Source of the DNA: Tubulanus polymorphus
Lineage: Eukaryota; Animalia; Nemertea
Reading direction: 5' to 3'
DNA length: 64,000 nt
Assembly (NCBI RefSeq): GCF_964204645.1
Contig: NC_134029.1
Location: 18,408,950 to 18,472,949 of the forward strand
This document shows positions 38,301 through 64,000 of the stretch, one piece after another; within the stretch, counting starts at the first letter, position 1, and each line of letters opens with the position of its first letter. A program made the position numbers and the translations under genes. The notes under the pieces are model-generated. The model was not told where the DNA came from. It ran no database searches and saw only the letters and a program-made list of their open reading frames with translations.

Positions 38301-39430
38301 TATCCATTCATTGGAACTCAGATAGAACTGTCTATACTTTTTCGACCCATGACCAAATATTCATGGTCCAAAAAGACTTAACCTGAGTATGTTTCGCATA
38401 TTCATAATGAGAAGTTAGCGATATATACGAAATATACCATTATCTCTTAGGTTTCACAAATAGGCCTATAGACATACGCTAAGTTGGGGGTAAGACAAAT
38501 ATCAATTTCTGACTTAAAAATCAAACCCCCTGTTTTTGTTACCTGCAGGTGCGGTGGGTTTGTAAGGACACAAATCAAACGAAATCTATCAATCAAATGA
38601 ATAACAGGGTCAATCCCTATTTCAAGATAAAAACCCACAAATTTAAGTTAGGATTAAAAATGGCAAGAAAATATAGGCTTTAATCAATCTTTAAGACGAA
38701 GTAACAGCCCAATATCTCAGTCAGGGATTCCCGAGATGGTGTCGTTGTTAGTTAGCGACCTAGCCTAATTGTTCGTGTTAAGCTTGTTAGCCAAAAACTG
38801 GGGACTTTAAAAACGCTACTTTTTAAAAGGCACTACACTATTAGGCCTAACAAATAGCAAATTGATCACATGAAATTGGGACTTCAGAATCTGATTGTGT
38901 AACTATATCAAATGCTTTAAACGGCCGTTGTATTGAATAGAGGGCTGTAGTTTTTGAAAATGTCTGATCGTGAAACTAAATCTCAGTCCGGTTATCGAAC
39001 AGAGCAGACATTTCCGTAATTAACCTTCCTATTTCTTAGTTCTGTTTTCAAGCTATACAATCAACAGAAAGAGATTGCAATTGTTGTTATAGCCTAAAAC
39101 AAGACAAGCTGTGACGGGTACTACTGAGTAGGCAACTGTTATAGCAGTGTTCTTACAACACCCAGGATCTTGGATTCTAGTTGTTTGTGTGTTTTGATAA
39201 GCGAACTTCAAGTTAAACCACATATATACAACTCTAAAAAACTGTGGTTTGTGAAAATACGAAACCGCAGTCCGGGTTTATTAGCAGCAGTAGAGATATA
39301 ATCGCTTAAGAAATGTACTTACCGCTTTGTATCCGAATTTGCCCAGAAACGATCGACTTTTTCCGGGAGATTTGACGAGGAAACTTGAGTAAATGACCTC
39401 GTCGACGTTGGCTAGATGATCGTTACTCAT
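18052..39430 (-). CDS. GAB: GRB2-associated-binding protein / daughter-of-sevenless (GAB/DOS) docking protein, 6 coding exons, about 684 aa
   Basis: In-phase exons 39430-39323, 26298-26001, 21970-20780, 20458-20368, 19577-19469, 18309-18052. N-terminal PH domain (EVIYSSFLVKSP...KWRRRYFVLF...RIYYLAADREETMNNWVEYLCTACG), PYIPLDQCIS, YDVPP motifs, Pro-rich SH3 ligands, and C-terminal tandem SHP2-type sites LQYIDLDL and IEYKEIDFIRTTAL. Confidence 0.9.
19637..19979 (+). mobile_element. Harbinger-like MITE family A, full-length copy; other copies near 16457, 28430, 28980, 31018, 34580, 36200, 45450, 46500
   Basis: TIR AGCCGCGATCACAC / GTGTGATCGCGGCT, TSD TAT; repeated internal palindrome GGCCAAATTTGGCC. 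Confidence 0.82.
20002..20200 (+). mobile_element. tRNA-derived SINE with a CORE-like domain
   Basis: A box TGGCCGAGTGG and B-box-like GGTTTGAACC, then GTGTCCTTGGCCAAGACACTT..TGCCTC..GTAAATGGGTAC (20080-20140), which resembles the MIR/CORE consensus. Confidence 0.7.
22030..22277 (+). mobile_element. piggyBac-like MITE, partial copy
   Basis: Starts CCCTTTCA..GTCTACACCGTAGTGCGGTGTA; matches the body of 32325-32612. Confidence 0.65.
23056..23099 (-). ncRNA. Minimal type I hammerhead ribozyme (Penelope-like-element type)
   Basis: Minus strand: UAUUC CUGAAGA U GACUAU(UACAAU)AUAGUC GAAA C GUC GAAUA. Stem I UAUUC/GAAUA, 6-bp stem II, intact core, GUC cleavage triplet. Confidence 0.8.
24110..24950 (+). 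repeat. Diverged tandem repeat of about 145-150 bp; related sequence near 61680-61950
   Basis: CATAGAAATA-like motif recurs near 24229, 24516, 24659 and 24809, each followed by GGCCC..AAGGGCACCCC..TCAAATACAA-like sequence. Confidence 0.6.
24955..25036. repeat. (TA)n microsatellite; others at about 33447-33497 and 35277-35330
   Basis: Direct reading. Confidence 0.95.
26407..26610 (+). mobile_element. tRNA-derived SINE
   Basis: A box TAGCTCAGTTGGT and degenerate B box AATTCGAAACC, followed by a non-tRNA body ending near GACGTAAAACC. Confidence 0.6.
30808..30849 (-). ncRNA. Minimal type I hammerhead ribozyme (Penelope-like-element type)
   Basis: Minus strand: ACAC CUGACGA U GAUC(CCUACGGUGA)GAUC GAAA C GUC GUGU. 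Stem I ACAC/GUGU, stem II GAUC/GAUC, intact core. Confidence 0.78.
32325..32612 (+). mobile_element. Complete non-autonomous piggyBac-like MITE (288 bp)
   Basis: TTAA TSD (32321-24, 32613-16) and 12-bp TIR CCCTTTCAGTGC / GCACTGAAAGGG. Confidence 0.85.
33643..33711. repeat. Perfect 31-bp inverted repeat with a 7-nt loop
   Basis: ATAACTTTATTGACCCTTGATATCATATAAT-TTATTAT-ATTATATGATATCAAGGGTCAATAAAGTTAT. Confidence 0.9.
34020..34385 (+). mobile_element. Degenerate LINE (L2/CR1-like) 3' end; a similar remnant lies at about 35740-35995
   Basis: RSFYYPASTFWNL resembles the L2/CR1 C-terminal RSF..AP..WN.LP motif, followed by an (ATT)n-like tail. The second remnant has LYNALP and AAGCGCCTTATAAATTACTATTATT. 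Confidence 0.45.
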
Positions 39431-39720
39431 CGTTACTCCTCACACGCGCGTCGTTGAAGTCGTCAAAACATCGTAGGTACGTTTGACGGTAAATCTCATC
39501 GAAAAATAAACTCAACACCGACCAGGAAGTCATAGACGTCAATAGAAATGGAGGCGAAGCCAGGTATCCCCGATTTTACGTCATGATTCGCGTAGCGAAG
39601 CCTCTGATTGGTCGGGCGCAGGGGAATCTCCCGTGAAGTAGAACGCGATATATCCGATATGTGATGTGATATGTCAAACGCGAAGACGAAATGTCGATTT
39701 ATCAGAATTGTAGCAAGATA
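39431..39720 (-). promoter_or_regulatory. CpG-rich putative promoter/5'UTR of GAB
   Basis: CpG-dense stretch directly upstream of the ATG at 39430, with CCAAT (CTGATTGG on +) and a CRE-like TTACGTCA. Confidence 0.45.
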
Positions 39721-40056
39721 CATAACATTCTTGAATGGGAATATCCCCGGAATTTTATACATTGTAATTTTGTAAAAATCGATCGGCTTGAAATCTTTAA
39801 ATTGTAGTAGATGAAGTAATAAACGATCAAACTGCGCGTTTTTGATTGTGGTACTTAAACTGATAAAAACAGGGACCAGGTTTTGAGAAGTTTTGGTTTG
39901 GAAAATGGGAATTTTTTTCCAGGCCCTTGAAAGGCTATGGAATTTTCTTTCTCTATGGCTATGGAAAATCAGAAAATGGTCCCAAAATAAAGTTTTCCTT
40001 CTATTTTTGAATTTGTTGTGCTAACTATTTTGATTACAACAGAGTTGTCACTTACC

Positions 40057-40456
40057 TACGGAAGTCCCTAGGTGACATACGAAAAATTTTTTTCACAATT
40101 TTGACTTATTCAGTCGCATTTCGACATAATAAGTCGAATTTCGTGTTAATTAAGTCGAATTTTGACATAATAAGTCAAATTTCGACATAATAAGTCGAAT
40201 TTCGACATAATAAGTCGAATTTCGTGTTAATTAAGTCGAATTTCGACTTAATTCGACTTAATTAACACAAAATTCGACTTATGATGACGAATATCGACTT
40301 ATTAAGTCGAAATTCGACTTAATTAACACGAAATTCGACTTATTATGTCGAAATTCGACTTATCATGTCGAAATTCGACTTATTATGTCAAAATTCGACT
40401 TAATAAGTCGAAATTATGAAAAAAATTATCTCATATGTCACCTAGGGGCTTCCGTA
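40057..40456. mobile_element. Palindromic non-autonomous DNA transposon, IS3EU-like
   Basis: TIR TACGGAAG(T/C)CCCTAGGTGACATA, 6-bp TSD CTTACC (40051-56, 40457-62); arms built from ~21-bp TTCGACATAATAAGTCGAATT repeats. Confidence 0.75.
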
Positions 40457-42066
40457 CTTACCAGAGAAGATTCATGTTGTTCACAGCGACTACATATTTT
40501 ACAAGTATACATGTATTTATGAAAGCAATTCGCTCTTATGGTATTTACTTGATTGCCTTTTCTGGTCGGCGATGCGTTCTAACAAATGGGGTATGGAAAA
40601 GGATGGAGAATGTATGGAAAATATAATTGGGCAAACCGTTAAGGACCTTGTGAAAGTCCAATTTGAGATTCAACATTCAAATATGATTAAAAAACTTAGA
40701 AAACTCTAGAAAATAGAGGATGAGAACAATGGAAAAGAATACAACGTCTTATGGTGTTCCAAAAATTCAAAAAGCAATTCATTTCTAATAAGTAACTATA
40801 ATTCATTTATTCAGTACACAGAAAATATACAAGAAATTAACACTGGCAATAAAAAATCATCAGAAAGGAATCATGACAGTGCGATTTGCAGACATTTGGA
40901 GGACCTTGTAATAATATAAATACCTACATGTTAAGGGATGGCCTGATGGAAGCGTAAGTTGATTGTCACAACAATTTCTATAGGATTTAACACATGCAAT
41001 TACAAGATTAATGTCGGCACACGGAGTCCGAGCATTGTTTATGATACAAATAACTTACATAGCCTTAAATAAAACATTTCCTTTTTAAATAATTATTGTG
41101 AGTATACTACATGCATGGTTCATCAACTGGCCACTGACTAGCAATGACAGACAACCAGAACATTTTCTTCACAACTGACCATAAATATTTAACTTAACAA
41201 AACACAATTTTTTGATTCAATATGAACCCTATGATTATTGTTGAATTGTAATACAATTTTAAACTTATTGAGTACAAGCATTGTTTTTTTTTAAATGTTA
41301 AAAGCAGCACATATTTTGACACGTTTCCTACATTACATGAAGATACGATAGAATCCTACTTGACCAGCCAATGAGAAAAAACAAAGCAAATCAATACTAT
41401 AGATATTTCCTATGGCAAGACATCCAGTTTCCCTGATTCTTAACTTGACACTGGATCTCATTCAGTAAACTATTGGGCCCTGCAGTACTCACATTATCAA
41501 TCTTACTACTTGCTTGGGGTAACATTAACGAACACTGCTTGTGAAAAGCTAGCACCAAATATTTTCGCACAAACAATATACAGCAAAAACCCGCTTAGTC
41601 CTTTTCACTTAATCCATGCAGAAAATTCAGTCCATTTCAACCGAATACATTAAACTGCTACTTGCACTCCAGATTTTTTCGCTCGTCAATCTTTACAAAG
41701 GCTCATTCATTTGCATAAAATTTGAATATTTTAGATTTTCAAATGCATATGTAATAAACGGATGAACCTCCACTTTCTATCAGTTCCAAGTGATCCAAAT
41801 TGAATTCGTTCTCCTGAATGAATATTTTCCACCAAATTAGTAAGAGACATGTGAAAAAATACAACTTGAAATATGAAGGATTTTGGAGGCTTGGAAGATA
41901 GACTCCCATTTTCCGGTGTATATAGTTTTTTGCTTTAACTGCATTTCGAACATGGCAGTCATGCCCACGAATAACATCTATCAATCACTTAACCATTATC
42001 ATCAAGTTAAACATAGAATGATAACATATCACATACTGCACATCAAGTTGACCAGAAAATCGACCT

Positions 42067-58228
<16,162 letters not shown>

Positions 58229-60626
58229 TATTGTCGATCCACACACGTCCTGCTACTAGACTCTGCAACGACAACAAAGCTTGCCAAGAATCTTTCAGAC
58301 CCGCTGCCTTATCAAAATACTGGACTTAGGGGCCTAGCTGAAACGGAAAAGAATATAAAAGGCAGGTGATATTTTGCCAGTGCAGTATTATTCCTGTTAA
58401 CGCTATTTTGCCAATGGCGCGTTCTGATTGGCTAATTGACGCTGTGCATGTGCACTGAGGTGCGCGACTTAGAAATTTCAAGGAAAGTGTGGAGAACAGA
58501 GTTAGAGAAAATAGGAGCATAGAGCGATATTTGAACCCGGACCAGCTATTGCTAGCGTAACGTCTAACCACCTCCCCTTTTTTAAAAATCGGTTCATAAT
58601 TTCTGGTCGAAAGCACCGTTTGTTTTCAAAAATCATGGTCATATTTATTTCCAGGCTGGTGTGGTACAGACGGATTTTGCTGATTTTTTCGGATTAATTG
58701 CATGATTTAACAATCTCAAAGGCACTCAAACCTTTCTCAAACCACCCAGTCTAACGCAGAAATTCGTTGACTTTAAGAATAATCTTACTTGAAGCGGATT
58801 GGATTATCAATAACGAATTTACAAACTGTTGAAGTGATATACCTATCGACCGATCTGACGGAGAGCTGGCTCCCTTGTTTTTTTATATATAGTACCTAGG
58901 ATACTGGGGTCAAAATCCTTTCGAGTCAAGTCCCTGTGTCTGGACCCTCTAGACCCTAAACCTATCGAAACATAATGATTTTATTGTTATATTTCATTAC
59001 TATATCTTTGATTATATACAGCAATAGGCAAAATAGCGTTTACCAAAATAATGCCGCATTGGCAAAATATCCACTTCCTAAACAATATCAACACAAGGTA
59101 TTTCCGTGATATTTCAAATTCATTTCCAGTTCAAATTTAGCGCCATTCTCGCCAGATTATCAACAACCCGGAAATAAAATCCAAGCCAGTTTACAAGCCC
59201 CTGTGCTTCGTTCCTGTCAAAAATTACTGCAGCCGAGCCAGAATAAATGCATCAATCAAGTGTTAATTTCTGAAGCTTTTTTAAAATCAGACAAGACAAG
59301 CCTGACACTGAACCTGCCCTTCTAAATTTACCTCCGTCAATTATCAACCTCAATGGAATCAGGAAACGGTTATGACAACGGATGTATAACATGAATCTTA
59401 CCAACATTTGATGATTTTATGTTCATATCTGTTCAGCTGCTTATTTTTTGACAAGTCAATAATCGACCGCAGTACCGCCTAGCGGAGATGGAAATAACTG
59501 ATCAATGGGTTCGAATCCCATATAAGTTAATGCCCACCTGCCAGGGACTGGTTTCATGGCATATACACAGCCATGAATCAAATATTTCAATATTTCTTAA
59601 GTTAGGCAGACTTTCGGCATATCTATATTTCGATCCTGGAGTTATATTTCTATCATTTTTATGTGGCCGCATTGCTCACTGATGAAGAAGGGCATGCAAC
59701 ACTATCGGACTAACCTTGCTATTAATGTCAATTTTGACCATAGCAAAATAACTTATTGTAAAATTTTCCCAGAAATAAAGCCCAATGTATCTAAAAAAAA
59801 AAACACTATCAGACCATTAAAGTTTTTGCTTCTTCACTAAAAATAAAAGATCCAACAGTCTAACTCAAATTCTTGTCGACGACTGGAATGAAAAACTCAA
59901 AACTTTTTTTCATAGAAAACCTCTTTATTATTCCTCACAGAATCAAATACTTTTATTAATATTCAGTATTCACGATTAAAGCCAAATATCGATAAAATTT
60001 TGACTAGTTCCATCAGCACACTTACACTGACAGACGACCTATCAGATCATTGTCATTAGTTACATAAGTTCAGTACATGTATTGTTGTAAAAACCAGACA
60101 TAACTTAAAACATAGAATATTTTCTTCGAATTATGTATCTTAGGTAAACCTTTTTCAAGTGTCTTACAAAGCCATTTAAGAACTAACGTTCCATTTGTCA
60201 AAAATCAAAGACATGCAAATAAATTAACAAGACCGGTACTGGCAAATATTTGAGTAAATTCGAAATAAATGCTTCAAACATCAAGTCAACTTGTTCATAC
60301 AATTCTTCCATGAATTGTATAGGTTTCTAAAACTAAAAGATTGATTGGAATTAGCAAATATTCTTCTAATAGTGTGCATCACATGGCATTAGCTACTAGA
60401 ATAGGAAATTTTAACTGAACACATTAACGATAATTTGGAATGAGTCTAAGAACTTTGTGGTTAATTCAAGTAAGTAGGTAGGTACACGAAAAAAGGTATT
60501 TCGTCACGCCTGGATCAGATCTTAAAAAGCAACTGTTTATTTTTCTTTCATGTCTTCATTTTTCCACCGCAAACTGTTAGAAATCTACAAATGTATCTAC
60601 GCGCTAATCGAATGGTGCAATTCGAA

Positions 60627-63337
60627 TCAAGCAGTTTGATCTTCCACATATTGCACCCATTCATGCGGCGTCACACGTCCAAACTAAAAAGATAAACAAC
60701 AAAATATAGTTTATACAGATAACAAAGTAATCAAATTATTACACAGATACTGAAAAGTTGTTTAACAATATACAATATTCATGTACCTGGAGATTTCAAG
60801 AATTTGGGATAGTACTTTAGTAATTGATCATGAGAGAAAATCTCTGAAGACGCCTTGTGGCCAACTTGAAGCTATCTGACTTTTACATACTGGTCATATC
60901 AATCCAGGGTTCTGGGTTAAAATTCTGGTGACCACAGAGTTTCCTAGTGGAAGGTTACGAACAGTATTCCTGGAGATGACTATTAGAATATAGTTGAAGC
61001 CGTCAAATAAACTACTAGCTCTAGGAAACATTTTCAGACTTAGTTTTTCGTTATTATTGTGGGATTCTCTCTATATTATCCAAACTTTAATTGCCTCAAC
61101 ACACCTCAACCATGTCAATTACGACCCAAGTAGTAGACAGCAGATTGAGAAAATTGATTTCAAGACCGTTAAGCCCATTATGGGCATGATAAGCTGATTC
61201 AAGGTTTCTTCTTCTATATATCGATGGGGAAATGAGACGTATAAGAACCGTTGACCAAGGAAGAATAGGAATGCCGATTTGCTATGAAGATAGTCACTTA
61301 TTCTACAATAGTAAATGTACCTGAATAGCAGTGATTTCATCAAGGAATCGGTTTGTGAGTTTTGCACCCTGATCCATCGTCGGTATATGCAGTTTTTCGT
61401 TTTTGTAAAGAATACTCTCTACCGGACAAACTAAGCATGCAGTTCCCGCTCCAAATATTTCTTTTACCTGTGAAATAGAATTACATGGTGAGAGGGTTAT
61501 ATGACACGTTATGTGATAAGATTAGAGCAAATATTTGTTTCAGTGTAAAACAAGTCTGACAACATTTTCTCTTATCAAATAAGTGTACATCATAAATAAA
61601 TTCCATAACAAGCAGCCTGTCAACTGACATAGCTCTGCTGTGTTTTAACCTCAATTTTCTTCATTTATCTTATGGCCCAACTGCTAAGGGCATCCTTAAA
61701 GGGATAAAATCCAAGAAAAGCTATCTAACTTAGTACCTGTTTGCCCACGGAATATGAATACCAAACTTGGAAAATATCTCTAAATGATGAGTAGCGATCA
61801 TAGGAATATGGACTCCATTCATTAGGGTAACCCATGGGGGTAAAATCCCTAAACAAGGAATCTATATTGTAATAGTCCTCGGCCCATAAAACAGTGTTGA
61901 AATATTTGGCAATGATACAATATGGGCCCCACACCCAAGGGCACCCATCTGTTCACAAGGGGGTTGAAACTTTAGTCATTTCCAAAAAATCATGCATCAT
62001 ATCCGAATGTTACTGTACAAGGTGCATTTTACAATAGAATTTGTGTGAAACCGAAGGTTCATCTAATGATGTAAATTAGATATTGTAAAGCATAAGTAAC
62101 CTTTAAAACAAAAGTTCAAATGCACTTTTACGGAACACCACCATTATCTTATTACCTATTATATAAGATCAAAAATTGGAAATTCATGAATGGGATTATA
62201 GGAAGAAAAAATTTGTTCAACTCTTACCCGTCCTTCTTTTAATGCCTTCACAACGTCTCCCATGTTGAATGATCTTTCCGAGACTTTGAATTCTCCCTGC
62301 GAAATAAATGATATTACAATAATCGAACGAAATCAATGCCTCAAATTAATTTATTACATACAATATCATCTATGTCCAGACCATATTCATGCTTGCATAA
62401 TCATCAATAAGTACAAGCTACCAGCGCAGTAACTCTAGATCAATAAGCTATCTTTAATATATCAGCTCAAAGAGTGATAGCTTATTGGATGGCACCATTC
62501 CCAACACTTCCATCTTGATTACAGGGGTAAACAAAATAAGGGTACTTCCAAAAAATCCACTCTTTATTCATTTATTTTTCATTATCACCATATTACGGTA
62601 ACGTCAACCCCCGATATACCGCCTACCACCAGGTTTTCTCAATGCACATCTCTATACAAATACTAAGTAAAACTCCCCCGATATACCGCCATACTCTAGA
62701 AACCGCCAAAATCATTCTGCATCGATGTGGGCAGTATATCGGGGGTTGACTGCAGTTTGTATGGTTTTCTAGAATGATAGTTTGAACATATACCATGGTC
62801 CTTTTTTGCGATCAGCCACAGGAATATCAAATGACTAGTTAGTAAATTCACAATCTTGGACATTAAGTACTTACCCAATTTTGTGCAAGTTCAATCAGAC
62901 TTTTCCTGGTTACTCCCGGCAATATGACACCGGTACTTAATGGAGGGGTGATCAATTCATTTTCTAAAAAAGAAATAAATTGATTAGAAATGGTTGATAT
63001 AATCTTTGTTTCAGTATTACGGTACGTAGTATGACTAAGACTTCAAATTGTTTTGTGTAACAGACCCTAGATTTTGAAAAAATTGCACATGCAGAAAGTC
63101 AAAATTTCAACAATTTCTCTATAAATTCTTATGTAATAAAGACATTAGACTCGACGTGAAAAGCAACAAGGCTTATCGGAATAAGGGTACTTGCCTCCAT
63201 TTTCGTTTACCCAATACATGAAAAGGTTCATAGTTCCGACCTCTGTAACTTGTTCATCCTGTCCGTACAACCATAGAACCTGTTGACATCCACGTTCTTC
63301 TGCTATTTGTTGAATATAAGTTGTCGGAGCGTAGTTT
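60627..63337 (-). CDS. BCAT: Branched-chain amino acid aminotransferase, last five coding exons (5' part outside the window)
   Basis: Exons 63337-63195, 62963-62875, 62296-62228, 61467-61321, 60683-60627: [102 protein letters not shown]..stop. Confidence 0.92.
60802..61025 (+). mobile_element. Penelope-like element 3' remnant with a decayed hammerhead
   Basis: [25 protein letters not shown] (like the tail after a PLE GIY-YIG domain), then TATTCCTGGAGATGACTATTAGAATATAGTTGAAGCCGTCAAATAAACTACTAGCTC, a mutated copy of the 23 kb ribozyme and its flank. Confidence 0.55.
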
Positions 63338-63789
63338 CTATGAAATCAAAACATAAAACAAAATATTTTTGAACTCTGATCCAAAAAATTTTAGTATTGG
63401 TACATTGCTGATTTTTAATTGTACAATATTGTTATCACATTGAGATAACAAAGTGGTGTTGCTTTGTTGCTTAAAAACAATAATTGCAACTTACGAGCCC
63501 ATTTTTGTGTTTCCGCTACCACCTGGCCAGGCACGAACGAATGCAGGATCAGCGAGAAGCGAGACCGGTTTCAATCCAGTCGGGAAATACGGACCAACTG
63601 GCGACAGAAGCACGAATAGTAAAGCTTCCTGCGGCGGACGAACTCCGAGCGATGGCTGTAAGATGAAGAAATATAGATAGCGGTTATCGTTATTTTTCAT
63701 CACAAAGTTGTTCAAAGATAGACTTGAATTATGCGGGTTACAAATTGGAATAATACCATCACAAAGGTACATGTATTACAAACTGGGTA

Positions 63790-63955
63790 CAGTGGAACCT
63801 TGTTACGGTCAACTAGAACTAGAAAATATGTTTGTAATAACCCATAGTTCGTTACATACAGTAGGAAATTAATAAAATTGCCTTACTTCAAAATTCTATA
63901 TTTGTTACATCCGATGAACTGTTGTATCCGAGATTGTTGTAACGAGGTTCCACTG
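63790..63955. mobile_element. Tc1/mariner (pogo-like) MITE
   Basis: TA|CAGTGGAACCTTGTTAC ... GTAACGAGGTTCCACTG|TA. Confidence 0.75.
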
Positions 63956-64000
63956 TACTTATTTCTATAAATTGTTTCAAATTTTGGAAAGATGATAAAT

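Noticed and set aside
37745-38450. Possible DIRS-like retroelement remnant
   Set aside because: Only a vague peptide resemblance; no RT, RNase H or recombinase motif could be read.

Overview
AT-rich, intron-rich animal DNA, probably an invertebrate; the species cannot be determined from the sequence. Five protein-coding genes were spliced by hand with consistent reading frames: (1) 5' part of an RAI14/UACA/ANKRD24-like ankyrin gene (-, continues off the left edge); (2) a mitochondrial seryl-tRNA synthetase with an intronless CDS (+); (3) a complete 6-exon GAB/DOS docking protein (-); (4) a complete 22-exon INPP4 phosphatase with an N-terminal PLEKHJ1-like PH domain (-); (5) the 3' exons of a branched-chain aminotransferase (-, with a GC-AG intron). 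Introns and spacers hold many non-autonomous elements: piggyBac-like, PIF/Harbinger-like (one with a MADF remnant), IS3EU-like, Tc1/mariner-like, a foldback with a 93-bp satellite, tRNA-derived SINEs, LINE fragments and Penelope-type remnants. Most notable: two intact minimal hammerhead ribozymes in the sense strand of GAB introns, one on each side of the PH exon; the PH-INPP4 fusion; GAB next to INPP4; the short-armed intronless SerRS2; and a three-level nested transposon. All family assignments come from motif recognition, not database searches.
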